A stretch of DNA of 62,495 nt, the filler included, from Rhabdomonas costata (taxonomy: Eukaryota), in the NCBI GenBank assembly GCA_019059605.1. It is 18 parts of 18 records of this genome, joined end to end, with 100 filler letters (N's around TTAATTAATTAA, not from the genome) between each part and the next. Parts side by side here need not be neighbours in the genome. Positions count along the whole stretch, not along the records: positions 48,738 to 52,103 come from JAHMHO010000942.1; positions 52,204 to 55,568 come from JAHMHO010000943.1; positions 55,669 to 59,032 come from JAHMHO010000944.1; positions 59,133 to 62,495 come from JAHMHO010000945.1; 14 more parts are not named here. One strand, given 5' to 3'. The translations under genes and the position numbers were made by a program. Under the pieces are notes generated by a model. It did not search any database, was not told where the DNA came from, and saw only the letters and a program-made list of their open reading frames with translations. Each line of letters opens with the position of its first letter. Position 1 is the first letter of the stretch. Below are positions 49,196-61,615 of the stretch, in pieces.

Positions 49196-51894
49196 CACCA
49201 GGCTGACGATGGACTCCCAAATGCGGTTGCAGAACTCGAAGGCAGAGCTGGAAGCCGCGCGCACGCAGTACCTGCAGAACTGCGGCCGTGAGCCTCGCCC
49301 TGGCACTGCGCCTGGCCGGACTGTCCCCACCCCAGCGGCCGCAGCAAAAGATCTGGAGACATTCCCTGGGCCAGACAGCCGGGGTCCGACACGGCCTGGC
49401 TTCGGATGGACCTCGACGACTGCCAGGCCGCTGGAGCGTTTCGGTTACTCCTCTGTCGGCAGGTATAGGGAGGACGTAACTCGGCGCCAAGATTCATAAC
49501 ACCCCCCTGTGAGAACAAATGGCCGACGACCCAACGAATGCAAGTGCGACCGAGCTCGACCATTCGGTCAGTGTTCGATAGCTTTTGACCAAGCAATCAA
49601 TTTGGTCGGAGCGTCAGTTTTGCTGAGTTGTGCCGAGAATTACTAGTCAACAAAGATAAAGATATTAATACCCTTTCACACACGCCCACAGCTTACCGCG
49701 GCCAAAGTCTTTTCCCTAAAATAATCTCTTGTTCTTCTTGCTCCACAAAAGACTCCAGCTGGGTATTTTTCTTCATCGTACTGACCGAAGGCGAACTCGC
49801 CAAAATTTCCAAATCACGATTCCATTCATATTACGCCACTAAGCCGACCCCAATGCGCACCTTTGCGAGCGCGTCTTCCCGAAAACAATTTCTTGTTTGT
49901 TGGCTACCTCTTTATTGTAAATCCTCTCCCAATGAGACAACCACCACCTGGATTCCCTCGGTAGCATTTGTTACCCGAACTGGGGCTCATTCAAGGTTTG
50001 AAGGTAACACCCCATCCCACCCGGTCTAAAAATAATCTCCAGGTCTGTTGGTCTGCTTTTCCCCTCGCACGGACTCAGATCATCCTGCTCGTTTTCCATG
50101 TACTATCGAACCCCAAGTGGCAATTTCTACCGAGGGGGAGACGGCCTAACGGATTTAATCCACAAAACTTTGAGCTTTGTGATCCGCTTAATTTCTCACC
50201 TAGTCCCAACTTTTCGTGCTTGCGGTTCTCCTTCACCTTCTTCAGTGCTCCTGTGAGACAACCCCACATTCAAACCGCGGACTATCTTGCGAAAAGGACC
50301 CAGGAACTTGACCGCCGTGAACAGCTTTTGCTGGTGTGCCCGTGCTCCTTGTTGTTTTTGGGGAGATGGCTTTGCGTTGCAAGTGCCGCTTTTTGCCACG
50401 TTCGAGGCACTGAACGCACAAAACGCAAATTGAGGGGACAAGAGAAGAGAAAAAATAGTGGCAACAACCGAAACTGCAAATAGTGTTTTTTTTGCTTATT
50501 GGCCACGAGGAACCAATGCCCAAAGGAATCAAACAAACAACCACAAACGCGAATTTCGATAAATTTCTCACCGAGCCCTGTTGTGTTGTGTCTGTGAGAA
50601 AGAAACGTGACACAAATTTGGGCAGGATCGGGAGACATTCCCCGGGCCAGACAGCCGGGGTCCGACACGGCCTGGCTTCGGATGGACCTCGACGACTGCC
50701 AGGCCGCTGGAGCGTTTCCGTTACTCATCTGTGGGCAGGTATCTGCCGCCGGCCTTTTTGTTTTCCAAACGATGGAGAAGTTGCGTCGATTTTCTTTCTT
50801 TCGGGGGCAACGCTCCTGTTGCAAAGCAAGTCGACACACTCCACCAACTTTCGTGTATTACTTTCATAATACACCGCCGTGCCACCGCCACCCTCTCCTG
50901 ACGGGTGGCTCTCCTCTTCCTTGATTCTGAGCTTTGTGAATCACTTAATTTCTCACCTAGTCCCAACTTTTCATGTTTGCGTTCCCCTTCACCCTCTTCA
51001 GTGCTCCTGTGAGGCAGCCCAACACTCGAACTGTGGAATATCTTGCGAAAAGGGCCCAGGAACTAGACCGCCGTGAACAGCTTTTGCTGGTGTGCTCCCC
51101 TCCCCTTTGTACCTGTAGCCGTTCTTCATACAAATTTTCGCATCTGGCCATTTGAGGGAGGGGCTATGGCATGTTGGAGTAGGCACAGAAGGATCCGAGT
51201 GGAGCCAAGCTTGTTGCAAAGCGCTTTGGCGATTTGTTTTGGGGGGGTTTCTTTGCGTTGCTATTGCCGCTGTGCCATGTTCGGGGCGCTGAACCTACAA
51301 AATACAAACTGAGGGGACAAGAGAAAAGAGAAAAAACAACTGGAACTCCAGAAACAACAGACAGTCACGTTTTTTTACTCTGCGGTCACAGGTGCAGAAA
51401 AAGTATTTTGGAAAAGTTCTCCGTTGCTCTCCATGATGAATTGCAGCATGCTTTCTTCGGGCGGAGAGGATCACGTGGGCAAAACGAAGCAGTTGCCAAA
51501 AGGAATAAAACAAGCACGCACGCGCACACACACACACACATACACAAACCACGAACCACTCACACTCTTCGCGAATTTCGGTAAATTTCCCCTTTCTGGA
51601 AAAATCGCAACACAAAAACGAAGCCCATTAATGTTCACAGATTCACGAAAGGTAAAGTCAAATATTTACATTAAAGGTAAAGGTAAAAGGTAAAGGCGGG
51701 GGACAGCTGATTGCAAGGAGGAGCAGAAACAAAAGAAGAAGAATTTCACAACGCTCGCCTCTTCTGAAAAGAAGTGTGGCAAAAATTTGGTCAGGACCGT
51801 GAGCGCGCCGTGGAGCTGCACCTCTCACGAAGTGGGCTTGATGAAGGAGTTCACGATTCCCGAACGTCTCCCCCGCGCTCTCGGTCTCCACGAT
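49196..51894 (+). CDS. Hypothetical protein with internally duplicated exons (49196-49462, 50246-50333, 50626-50738, 51002-51089, 51795-51894)
   Basis: All junctions are GT-AG and phase-compatible. The peptide ETFPGPDSRGPTRPGFGWTSTTARPLERF.YSSVGSAPVRQP....YLAKR.QELDRREQLLL occurs twice. Confidence 0.7.
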
Positions 51895-52982
51895 GTATGC
51901 AAGTTACCCCTCTGTGCATTTATTTTTTTCCTATCTGGCTTTTTTATCATGCGTCTGGAATTTATTGGGTGCCGACCAGTCATTCTCTTGCCTGGACGGG
52001 ATTGCTTCCGACATGGCTGCAGACAGGACTGAGGGTGAAGGTCAGAAAATTCTGACCTCAAGGACTGGCCACGCAGCGTTTCGGGAGTTGTATACACAAA
52101 ACCNNNNNNNNNNNNNNNNNNNNNNNNNNNNNNNNNNNNNNNNNNNNTTAATTAATTAANNNNNNNNNNNNNNNNNNNNNNNNNNNNNNNNNNNNNNNNN
52201 NNNGCATGAACAAGGCATGCAAACACACACACACACACAGACAGCTGATCACAGATCCATTTACTATCGTCCTCAGCAGAAAAACGACAGACATTTTGCG
52301 GTGTTACAGGTTTTGTTTTTGACGGGGTGCATAACCGGATCATCAGTGCGCAGCAAATGTTCACCCAGCGTGTGCGTGGGTCATACTACACTTCCCGAAT
52401 GCACACCCGCGTTATTGTGTGTCAAAGTGGCATTGGCAGAGGTGGCATGTCGAACCAATTCCACCATGGAATCACATTTTTTGGCTTGCCTTGAGAACGC
52501 ATTTTTCTGAATTTTTCTGAAACTCATCTAAATTCTGCGGCAGGGCACGAAAGTGCACATTTGGTTTTGGTGATGGCTCCAATAAGCTCTACGTTCTTGC
52601 TGCAACAGGAAGAGTGAGAGTGAGGAAGGGCCCGGAACCGTTTAATTAGCCCGAATTCAACATCTCGTGTGTGCAGCCAGCCGAGTGCAGCCTCGGAGTT
52701 GACTGGTCTATTTTGTGTGCTATTGTGTGAGCCGTGTGTGTGATGTGTGTATGCGTGGAGAGTGCGTTGTACCGGAAACGGAGGATCCTGACTCTGGAGT
52801 GGGATGTAGTATGTAGTTGAATTCGTTGATCGTTTGTGCTCCTGCGGTTCCCTACGCATGCCTTGATGACATTGAGGCCCTTGTCCACTTTTGGCCCTTT
52901 CTTGTCCTTTTTGAGGCGTTTGGAAGGCGTTGGCGCGCCTTTACAGTTCTTTCTCTTATCGCTGTGCTGGGGGTTCTACCAG

Positions 52983-53476
52983 GGCCTACCTAGCCTGTTC
53001 AGCCGACCTCCGGAACCTCACCAATCGTCGGGGGCCTCATCGGAAATGGGGGGGGGGTGTAGGGCCACTACTTCGGCCCAAAACCTCGCCCTATTCGCTG
53101 AGTGACATCTGCAATGGTAACTCCCGAACCGGATCGGACAGGACAGGAGACCTAACATTGACCTCAGAACTCGAGCTGGAGTGACGAGTTGGGGCCCATA
53201 TTTGGTGGTATGGTAGTACTCCTGAGATGAGTTCGGAGTCCTTCTCTATGCCGAGATATGGCCCCTTCAAGGTCCCCTTTTTTTTTTGACCTTTTAAGGG
53301 CATTTTCAACCAGGAAAAATTTTCAAGGGCCTGGGGTTTCGGACCTCTGCAGGCCTGCATACTGACCTAAGCTTTCGGCCGGGCTTAGCATACCTAAGGG
53401 TAGAGCCTAGGAGTACTTCGTGCTGGAACCGGAGTGGGCCGGAATGGTTCGGTTTAGAGCCACGCTAGAGGCCAAT
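52983..53476. repeat. Dispersed repeat: 52983-53090 resembles 61787-61889; 53402-53476 resembles 57400-57474
   Basis: Shared blocks CCTCCGGAACCTCACCAA...CGTCGGGGGCCTC.TCGGAAATGGGGG and GGAGTACTTCGTGCTGG...CGGAATGGTTC...TAGAGGCCAATT on different contigs. Confidence 0.8.
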
Positions 53477-55871
53477 TAAGGACCTTTTTGTATTGTTTTG
53501 GGGGCCCTTTTTGCCTTTACACGGGCTTGCAAGGGCCCTTTTTTGGCCCTTTGCAGGCCTGCATACTGATAAGAGAAAGAACTATGGGCTGGCACACCGT
53601 CCGCCCACCTGCACGCCGATGTGCCAGCAACGACTTGTCTTCTTCTTCTAGCCCTTCTTTTAGCCCTTATATCATAGTTCTCCAATTATTAGTCCAAATA
53701 TTAGCCTTGTAGTCTTCCACCCCTTAGCTGCTAGGACTGAAAATATTTGTTCTTATTTTGATATCAAAAACCAGTCAGACTGGAGTGAGTTCGACCAATG
53801 TCTACACTGCAACAGCACAACATCAATTTGGCACAAGCTGTCACAAAATACACGACAAAAGAAACGACAAAATATAAAAATCACGAAGCCTTTCAAAGCA
53901 GAAGGGAAAAAAAGCTGCCGTATCTTTTGACTTGCCAGGCAAAAAGAAAAACGCTGTGCCATCGAGTTCACTCCCACACCTTCGGCCATAGATTCCAATA
54001 CAGAGTAGTAACAGAACCATCAGCGGCAGCGAATAATCAACGGAAAGGCATCAAAACTGCCCAACGAGCTGTCGAGAATGCAGTGTTCGCAGCAGGCAAC
54101 TTGCCTTCGGTCTCAAAAAGGCGGCGAAACAAGAGAGCGCTTGCGAGATGGTCAATTGTTGTGTTGAAGGATGTCCACTCCCCGTTTTGTCAGCCCACCG
54201 CACTTTGAGTTCCACTTGCAGAGTCAGGCCTCAAAGGACAACAGGGGAAATAACCAGAAATTGGACAGCAAGTCGAAAGACAGAGAGATAAATGAGGTAA
54301 GAGTATAAATGATCTGCTTTGGTAAATCAATCAGTAATACAATGAATTGCAAACGCAGAAACTTCTGCACTTAGATGCAACTGGCCTCCAGTATCCTCGC
54401 AGCCTCTGTCCCCACCCCCCACCCCCGGTGTTGTCATTAACTAATCCGGCGACGCAGAAAACGACCAAAAAAATTTTCAGAGGAAAAGACCACATTTGCT
54501 TTGACATTAGTGCTCGGGGTCGCGACGTTGGAGCTATTTTTACTATAAAAATGCAGCTCTCTCAGCCGCTCCGAGGCCGGGGGAACCATCGAAGCATCGA
54601 GATAGCAATTTCTCGTCACCGGTGAGGCGCCACAGGGGTGCGGCCCTCGAGCTGCCCCACTTGAAGCCGTCAAACCGCCGCGATCGCAATAGCTCATCTC
54701 CTGTGCCCCATGGAAGCCACACAACCAGCCACACGGGCATGCAGACAGACATAATGGCAGACATCCGTAGACTTCCGTGAAAAATACAAAGAGCAATGTT
54801 TTGATCAACGGCCGATCACTGCCGTTTGGGACCGTCCAAGGTAATGCGAACGCCATCCCGAGCTTCACCAAGCGATAGGAAATTTAAGCTTTGCTACGGA
54901 GGTGGAGTGTCCAATTCTAGAATACCTGCAGCAAAAGCACAATCAAAGTAAAAGAAGTCCAAGGTGAACAGGTGAACAGGAACCCAAGCCCCTGCAGATC
55001 AACACGGACATTAAGAAGACCCAAATCCGGGGATGAAACCAAAAAGAGCAAGATGGTTTGCATTCCACGTTGTGAAACCCGGCTCGTACAAAAATGCACC
55101 ACGACTAAACACATTTGTCAGCTGCATTAAGGAACAATGCCAAGAAAAAAAGGAGGAGAACCTGAAGCGAGGAGCCTTGCCACGCCCTGTTCCTAAAGAA
55201 AAAGAAAGGAAGCAAAAGAAGTGAACGTTGTGACGCCAACATGAAAAATCATGGAAACTATAAGCACAGGATTATTCCGCAAAACCATTGAGCAAGAAAC
55301 GATTTCATGAAATGAAGCTAAAGATCGAGAAACGCTGACTTAGCTTCAAATTTGCTGGTTTCCGCGTGTCGGAAACTCTACAAACCTGAAGTGGCTGCAT
55401 GGTGAGCTCGACGTCAAGCAAGTGGGCCAGGGTTCGCATTTTAGCTAAGAAGAATTTCTCTCAAAGGGGACCTTTTGCATGCCCTTTGCATAAAGCAAAC
55501 AATAAAAGGAAAACGGAAAACGTAAAACGCGCGAGTGTTGGAAGAGAAGTGCGGGCTGACAAACCAACNNNNNNNNNNNNNNNNNNNNNNNNNNNNNNNN
55601 NNNNNNNNNNNNTTAATTAATTAANNNNNNNNNNNNNNNNNNNNNNNNNNNNNNNNNNNNNNNNNNNNTGTTTTGTGTGAGTGAGGAACCCGGGTGCACC
55701 AATCCATACAGCAATGCAGACTTCTTCATTGTCGAGTCCAATGTGTGCGTGGATGCGTGTGGAAAATAGGGACAGTCAAACCCTTTCCCCTCTCGCGGTG
55801 GTCGTCTTGCCAATTTCTGCACAAATGGAGGCTCCATAACAGCTGCCATCCCTCCTTTTACTTATTCTCAG

Positions 55872-56175
55872 GATGTCCCTTGTGAACGACCAGTTCCGGG
55901 AGCTTGCACGGCTTTTCAACGTTAGCTTTGTGGACGCCCAGCAGCTCACCTTTGGCCGCCCAGACCGTTCCCACGACAGTTTCCACTACTTTCCAAGGAA
56001 GTGTATTGCTCCTGTGGTTCTGCCAGGGGCGAAGACCGCGGATAGGAGGACTAATTGTGTGTCGCCCGACCAGTGGGTGTTCACAGTGTCGCTGTCCGTG
56101 AGCAACATTATAGCCAACCTTGTGGAAAGGATGCGCCGGGAGCCCTTTCAATTACCCCTTCGCTGCCCATCTTAG
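55872..56175 (+). CDS. Last exon of a probable SGNH/PC-esterase-like protein
   Basis: After cag: VSFVDAQQLTFGRPDRSHDSFHY, a D-x-x-H motif in the usual C-terminal context. Confidence 0.5.
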
Positions 56176-57011
56176 CGGATCGGTCAAACGGCGCAGAGCG
56201 CAGCACTGGGCAAGTTTGTCCACTACGAGAATTAAGCCATCCGCTCTGGTGCGAAAAACTGTCACAACGACCTGGATGCCATGTTCAGTCGACATTCTTG
56301 GCTCATTTTGGTTGAATTTTGCTCTTTGTCATGTCCAAACTGTCTCTGGGGCAGTGTTCCAATGGAAGGCCACCCCACCCCCGGAGCACGCCGACAGGAA
56401 AGCTGTTCAGTCCAGGACGAATGGGCTGGTTACGGAGGCTTGCACCGCCTGGAGGGTTTTTCGCGGTGACTGGGCAAACAAGTCGATTGAGTAAGGAGGA
56501 GACTGAGTGGTTTGCCCTTTCATCTATACTTGCACTTTTGCGCACTTTGATGGTTCGTCTTCAACCATATGGGCTCCAGTTGGGTCAGACTGCGACGCCC
56601 TGCGTTCCTTTTGGGATTGCTTGACATTGCTTGACTCTGTTCCTGAATATCGCTCGAGTATACCGCTATACTTTTGTCAGTTGTGAACTGAACACTTCGT
56701 GTGGAGCATTCTCGATGAATAATTTATTATCTCCGCGAATTGCACGATGCGGGGATCTCGCTGGATCTTTCGCTGGACTTTTGTTTGATCTTGAAGTTTA
56801 AAGGGGTAAGCCTTCCACCACCAGTGCTTGTCGCTCCCCGTCCGTCTTCAACAACCAAACGGGCGATTCTCTCGCAGAACCGCAGAGAAGTCTTAACTCC
56901 CACTGCAGCCCAACACGCACTCAGACACTTTTTCCTATCACGCTCAGCTGTCGACTTTTGTTCTTCTTTCTCCTTCTCCTCGTGACTCCGATTCTTTCTT
57001 TGGTTGGCACA

Positions 57012-58249
57012 ATGCAACGGGTCGCTCGTCTGCTTGTCGGCTCGGCGGTCGCCCGGCGCGCCGCGCGGCCAGTCCGCCACTCCAGCACAGTAATGGGGCT
57101 GATGCAGCACCACCAGTATGGAGGGTCCCACTCCACACCTCGCACTCTCCCCAATGCTTCAATGCACACCATTCCGGTCGTCTGCGCTGCTCAACACACT
57201 GAAGGGTCCCAGAGGATTTTCATGTTGAAATAGGCTGGGGAGTGGGATTCTTCGGCCCATCTTCACCAGAGGACCTGGCACGGGTATCATTGTCACTACG
57301 CATAAGTGTGGTAACATTAAGGTCTTTTTCGACTGAACCTCATTTCGAGACTTGACATGCCCTTTTTGAGCCTTTGCATTTGCCTGCGTAACTTATCTAA
57401 GAGCCCAGGAGTACTTCGTGCTGGCATCGGAGGGGGCGGAATGGTTCAGTTTGTAGCTGCCGTAGAGGCCAATTTTTTTGGTCTGGTTGGGTCCTTGCGG
57501 GACTCTTTTGCAACCTTTTTGGTTTTTTGGGGGCTCCATAGAAGCCATTTTGGGGATCAACATCACTAGCCGGGCAAGAGGAATTTATCTGTTTGGCGAG
57601 GTTCGATTCTCGCAAGTGGAACCGGTTCCCATTCTGCGCTGCGGTTTTGTGCAACCCCCTTGCCGCCGCCCGGCCAAAAATTTCCTTGCGCTTCCTCAGT
57701 TCCCTAGTGGTGGGAAAATCGATGAAATGGACCAAAGTGGGAAATAAGAGCGTGAACCCAAGCAAATCGACAAACAAAAGAAAGAGAAATGTACGAAAAA
57801 CTCGAATTCCCTCAGGTTCAGTTTTTGGTGCTTTGATTCCCTCCTGTTTGTTGTTTCGTGGTTCAGCTTTTTTGTGGGCCTTTCTCTGGGCCGGCCTTTG
57901 CATTTGTCAGCGTGCATCTTTGTTTGTCCATCAGAAGCCCTCGGGAGGAGCATTCCAATTGACTTTAGGTCTCGTGCAAACAGATAGTGAGAGTGTGGTT
58001 ATTTTTTGGGGGGAGATGTTTCATCTTGTCTGTGCGTGTGGATTGTAGGCTGAACGTCTCCTCGATGATTAGCTTCGCCGCGCAGCACCACGGCGACACC
58101 GAGGTGGTTTCACGCACCGTGGAGGGCCCGATCCACCGCTACACCTACGCCGACGCCCACACCCGCAGCAAGAAGGTAGCCAACGCCCTGAAGGCCCTTG
58201 GAGTGGAACAGGGCAACACCGTGGGGACTCTGGCGTGGAACGGCTACAG
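57012..58249 (+). CDS. Acyl-CoA synthetase (bacterial medium/long-chain fatty acid-CoA ligase type) with mitochondrial-like presequence; exons 57012-57115 and 58049-58249 (partial)
   Basis: [68 protein letters not shown]...[21 protein letters not shown]. The GT-AG intron is phase 2 on both sides. Confidence 0.85.
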
Positions 58250-58488
58250 GTCCGCGCAGTGATGTGGAGGGGGGGGGCACAAAAGAATCAATCAAACCAG
58301 AAAAGCCCCCTGCGTACAGGTGAACCAGTTTGGATAGTTTGGTCGCTCGGAAAAGGTCATGGTTCTACACCTATCAAAGAACAGACGCAGAGAGAGGTTT
58401 CAGCAAATACCTCCGGTATCTGTGGGCACCCACTGACACCTTTCCATCGAAATTGTATGGGGCGGTGGATGCAGAGCAGCTTGAAGTT

Positions 58489-58711
58489 AATCTGAAACCC
58501 GGAATATTAAACCCAGAACTCCGGGTTTGGACAACAACGGACCCTCCCACTAGAAGGGAGTTCTGGTATTTAGAAATTATGACAGAAGAAATGGCAGGGG
58601 GTTTGGGTGCTACACACGGACCAGGACTGGTTTTGATTGGTTTTGCGCTGGTTGTGACTAGTTTCTCGATGGTTGTGACCGGAATTCCGGGTTTCAGATT
58701 CCGGGTTTCAG
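58489..58711. repeat. MITE-like element with inverted termini, intronic
   Basis: AATCTGAAACCCGGAAT (58489-58505) pairs with ATTCCGGGTTTCAGATT (58684-58700). Additional CCGGGTTT subrepeats. Confidence 0.55.
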
Positions 58712-59607
58712 GTAGAGCATTAGAGGGGGGTGCATTAGTGGCCGTCAAACCACACAGCCTCTAAGAGTTACATTCTCCCCGCTTCATTTAGTGAACATCA
58801 TGTTTCTCAGGACCACTCTGCAGCAAGCGCAAGCGTGCACGCATCCGCACACATGTGGAACGCCGGTACCCCAGGGCACCGTTCGAGCCGAGGCATCATT
58901 CGCGAGCAGCCGTGTGTCCGACAGTGCCGTCTGCCAACAGCGGTCACCATACACAAGCCGCCGTGACCGAATGAGGCAGCGAGCGGAGCAACCAGCGCAT
59001 CGGACGCCAGTAGTCATCGCATCACACCCACANNNNNNNNNNNNNNNNNNNNNNNNNNNNNNNNNNNNNNNNNNNNTTAATTAATTAANNNNNNNNNNNN
59101 NNNNNNNNNNNNNNNNNNNNNNNNNNNNNNNNGGGGTGGTGTGGGCAAAAGAACCAGGGAAGGTCGCCATTCAGAGCATGATGAAGGGACTGAATCGAAA
59201 ATTCTTCGCGTTGTAGCTACCAATAATGCATGGCCAATTACCACTGGAGCCAGAGACAGTTCTTCTCCGGCTAAGTATCAAAAATACTTTTCAATCGCGG
59301 TATCAAATATCGCGACTTTTCTATCGCATCAATGGCAAGCAAAAAGTCAGTTTTGCACATGTCGAGGCAGTCCAAAAAAGGTGCTTCGATGAATACTCGA
59401 GTAAGAGCATCAAAGAAGAGGTAGAAATAAGGACAAAAAGCACCGCAAGAAGTGAGTCATCGTGGAGGCGGTGATAGTGGGAATTGGTGGGCAGGATGGG
59501 TGGCAAATATGAGTGCTACTGCACCAGATTGCAAACGCTGGCAATGTTTGTGTGCGCCTGTGCCTCTGCATGTGGTACTTTTCAGCCTCTCCTCACTGGT
59601 GGCAAAC

Positions 59608-61615
59608 CTCCGTGTCACGCCTCAGCCTCTGAAGAAAGGCCTCCCCAATATCCAGGAACACCGGGTGCCGAGTGGCCTGGTAGAGGTAGTAAACTGACTC
59701 TGCAAACTCAGGTCGCAGGAAGTAGTCTGGGATGGTCACGATTTGCTCCTGAATAGAGGGAGAAGCAGCCCCACAGAAATCGGACACATCAAAACGGATA
59801 CCTACGTGAAGCGATCAACCGATCAGCCGAGAAACGACCTCTCTCCTGTTTTCTTTCCCAATAACCTCCACCCCGGTTTGCCAGGACCTGTCATTTTAGT
59901 CTGAGCTTGATTCTTGGCATGTGTTCGTTTGCTTACAATCGCCCGGAATGACTGTCGCAGGATCTATAGGTCACAATAAAGGGCATTGCGGGCACACCTG
60001 CACATTGAACTCTTCCGGCACAAAGCCAAAGTTCCGGAATGCGCAAAGGTATCCGTGAAAGCTCTCCAAGGCCGCCCGAAGGTCGCCGTATAAAGCCTGC
60101 ACAAGAAGAGGACGTGCCAACGTATCCAAGGAAGCTAATTGCAACAGCAGGCAATGAACAGGAGCAAACCAAACGAGTATTCATGCCGACAACCCCATCA
60201 GGCCACAAGAAGAGAAAATAAATAACCAAAAAGACAAGATGAATTTAACCCTAAAGTCGAGGTGCAAAGCTGAGAAACCATACAAAAGAGCCATATGTGC
60301 CCATGCTTCCAGCAATTTCGCGTCCAGCGTCTGGCTTCCGTTCATAAACGCATAGAGTAACTCCTGTCCACAATGCTGAGCGTCTCGCCCTATTTCCACA
60401 GGACCCCACGCTGCGGCATCCCACCCACAGTACCTCAAGGCCAGGCCAGAAGGCCTGCAGGCCGTTCACCGTCCGCGACCGCACATGCCCATTCACGTAG
60501 TCGACTTTCATGTGCCACCCACTTCCCTCTTGCCATAGATGACGCTGCACCGCGCCCAGACTGCGCCGCCACCGCTCCCAGCACCTGCACATCCGAAAGG
60601 CGCGCTCCATCGCTTTCTCTCAGCTTCGATGTACCGATGTACTGGTTGGGTGTCCTCTCCAAAGACAGGGGAGGTGTGTGACTCCACGAACCTGTTGCGA
60701 GATCTAAAACCTCTCCTAGAGGATCTTCGCATCGCAAATTACCCATTTCCACACTCGCACACACCGTGGTGCATCGACGCGCCCCCTTCTGTCTGGAGAC
60801 CCCTCCTGTCTTTCTCACTCTCTAGACATAATCGGGTATGCAGACGGTATGTGTGTGTGTGCATCCGTTGTGTGCCGTCTATGATCGCTCGTCCCGTGTC
60901 ATTGCTTCTGCGCCCTCCTCGCGCTTCTTCCTGCACAACACGGCATTTTGTCAGCACATCCGGCTTTGTTTCCGCTTCTGCCGTTCTTTTACCCCTTCGC
61001 CTCGCAACAATGTTCCGGCTCTCCAATTCCTTTTCAGCACATAAAACAAAAACGTCCTGAATCCTAAAGCAGAATTATGCTCTAGCGCCGTGCCTATTCC
61101 TGAAAAGAAAGAGTACCGTTCACTCCCTAGCATCACGTAACACTTCAGCAAGTACTCGTAGTAGGAGTCTGAGCCCCCGCCAATCTAGAAGGAAATGAAA
61201 GGGGTTTCTAGCACTTCGCACCTCAAAAATCTCGCAGATTCGTCGATCGGGTTCGTCGATTTCTTTCACCCAGATAACAGCTTTTTGATTTCTTCTCCAT
61301 AGGCACCTCCGAGCAGGGGAGTCATTTACAGGTTTTTCCAGAAAGGCCAATCTCCATGTTTTTTGTAGACCCGAAGACCAAGGACATCAGCGCGACGAAA
61401 AGGGACAACTTTTCATTGGTGCCCGCACCTGACGATCGAGACTTCGGTTCGCACGAATCTTTCCCTAGATCGCTCCGTACTGTGGCTCGGGCAAACGCAG
61501 AAGACCTGGCAGACCCAGGGCACACCTGCGCCGTCCTGTCGGACCACATCCCAGAACGAACGTCGAAGGAAGAAGCCACCAGGCCCAAGGCAGACCGCGA
61601 GGCCCACAGCGCATC
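59608..61615 (-). CDS. EDEM-like glycoside hydrolase family 47 alpha-1,2-mannosidase (exons 61615-61526, 61184-61117, 60584-60434, 60096-59998, 59748-59608; partial)
   Basis: ALWASRSALGLV...DVRSGMW|IGGGSDSYYEYLLKCYVMLG; LQAFWPGLE|ALYGD...FGFVPEEFN; YFLRPEFAESVYYLYQAT. Confidence 0.92.
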
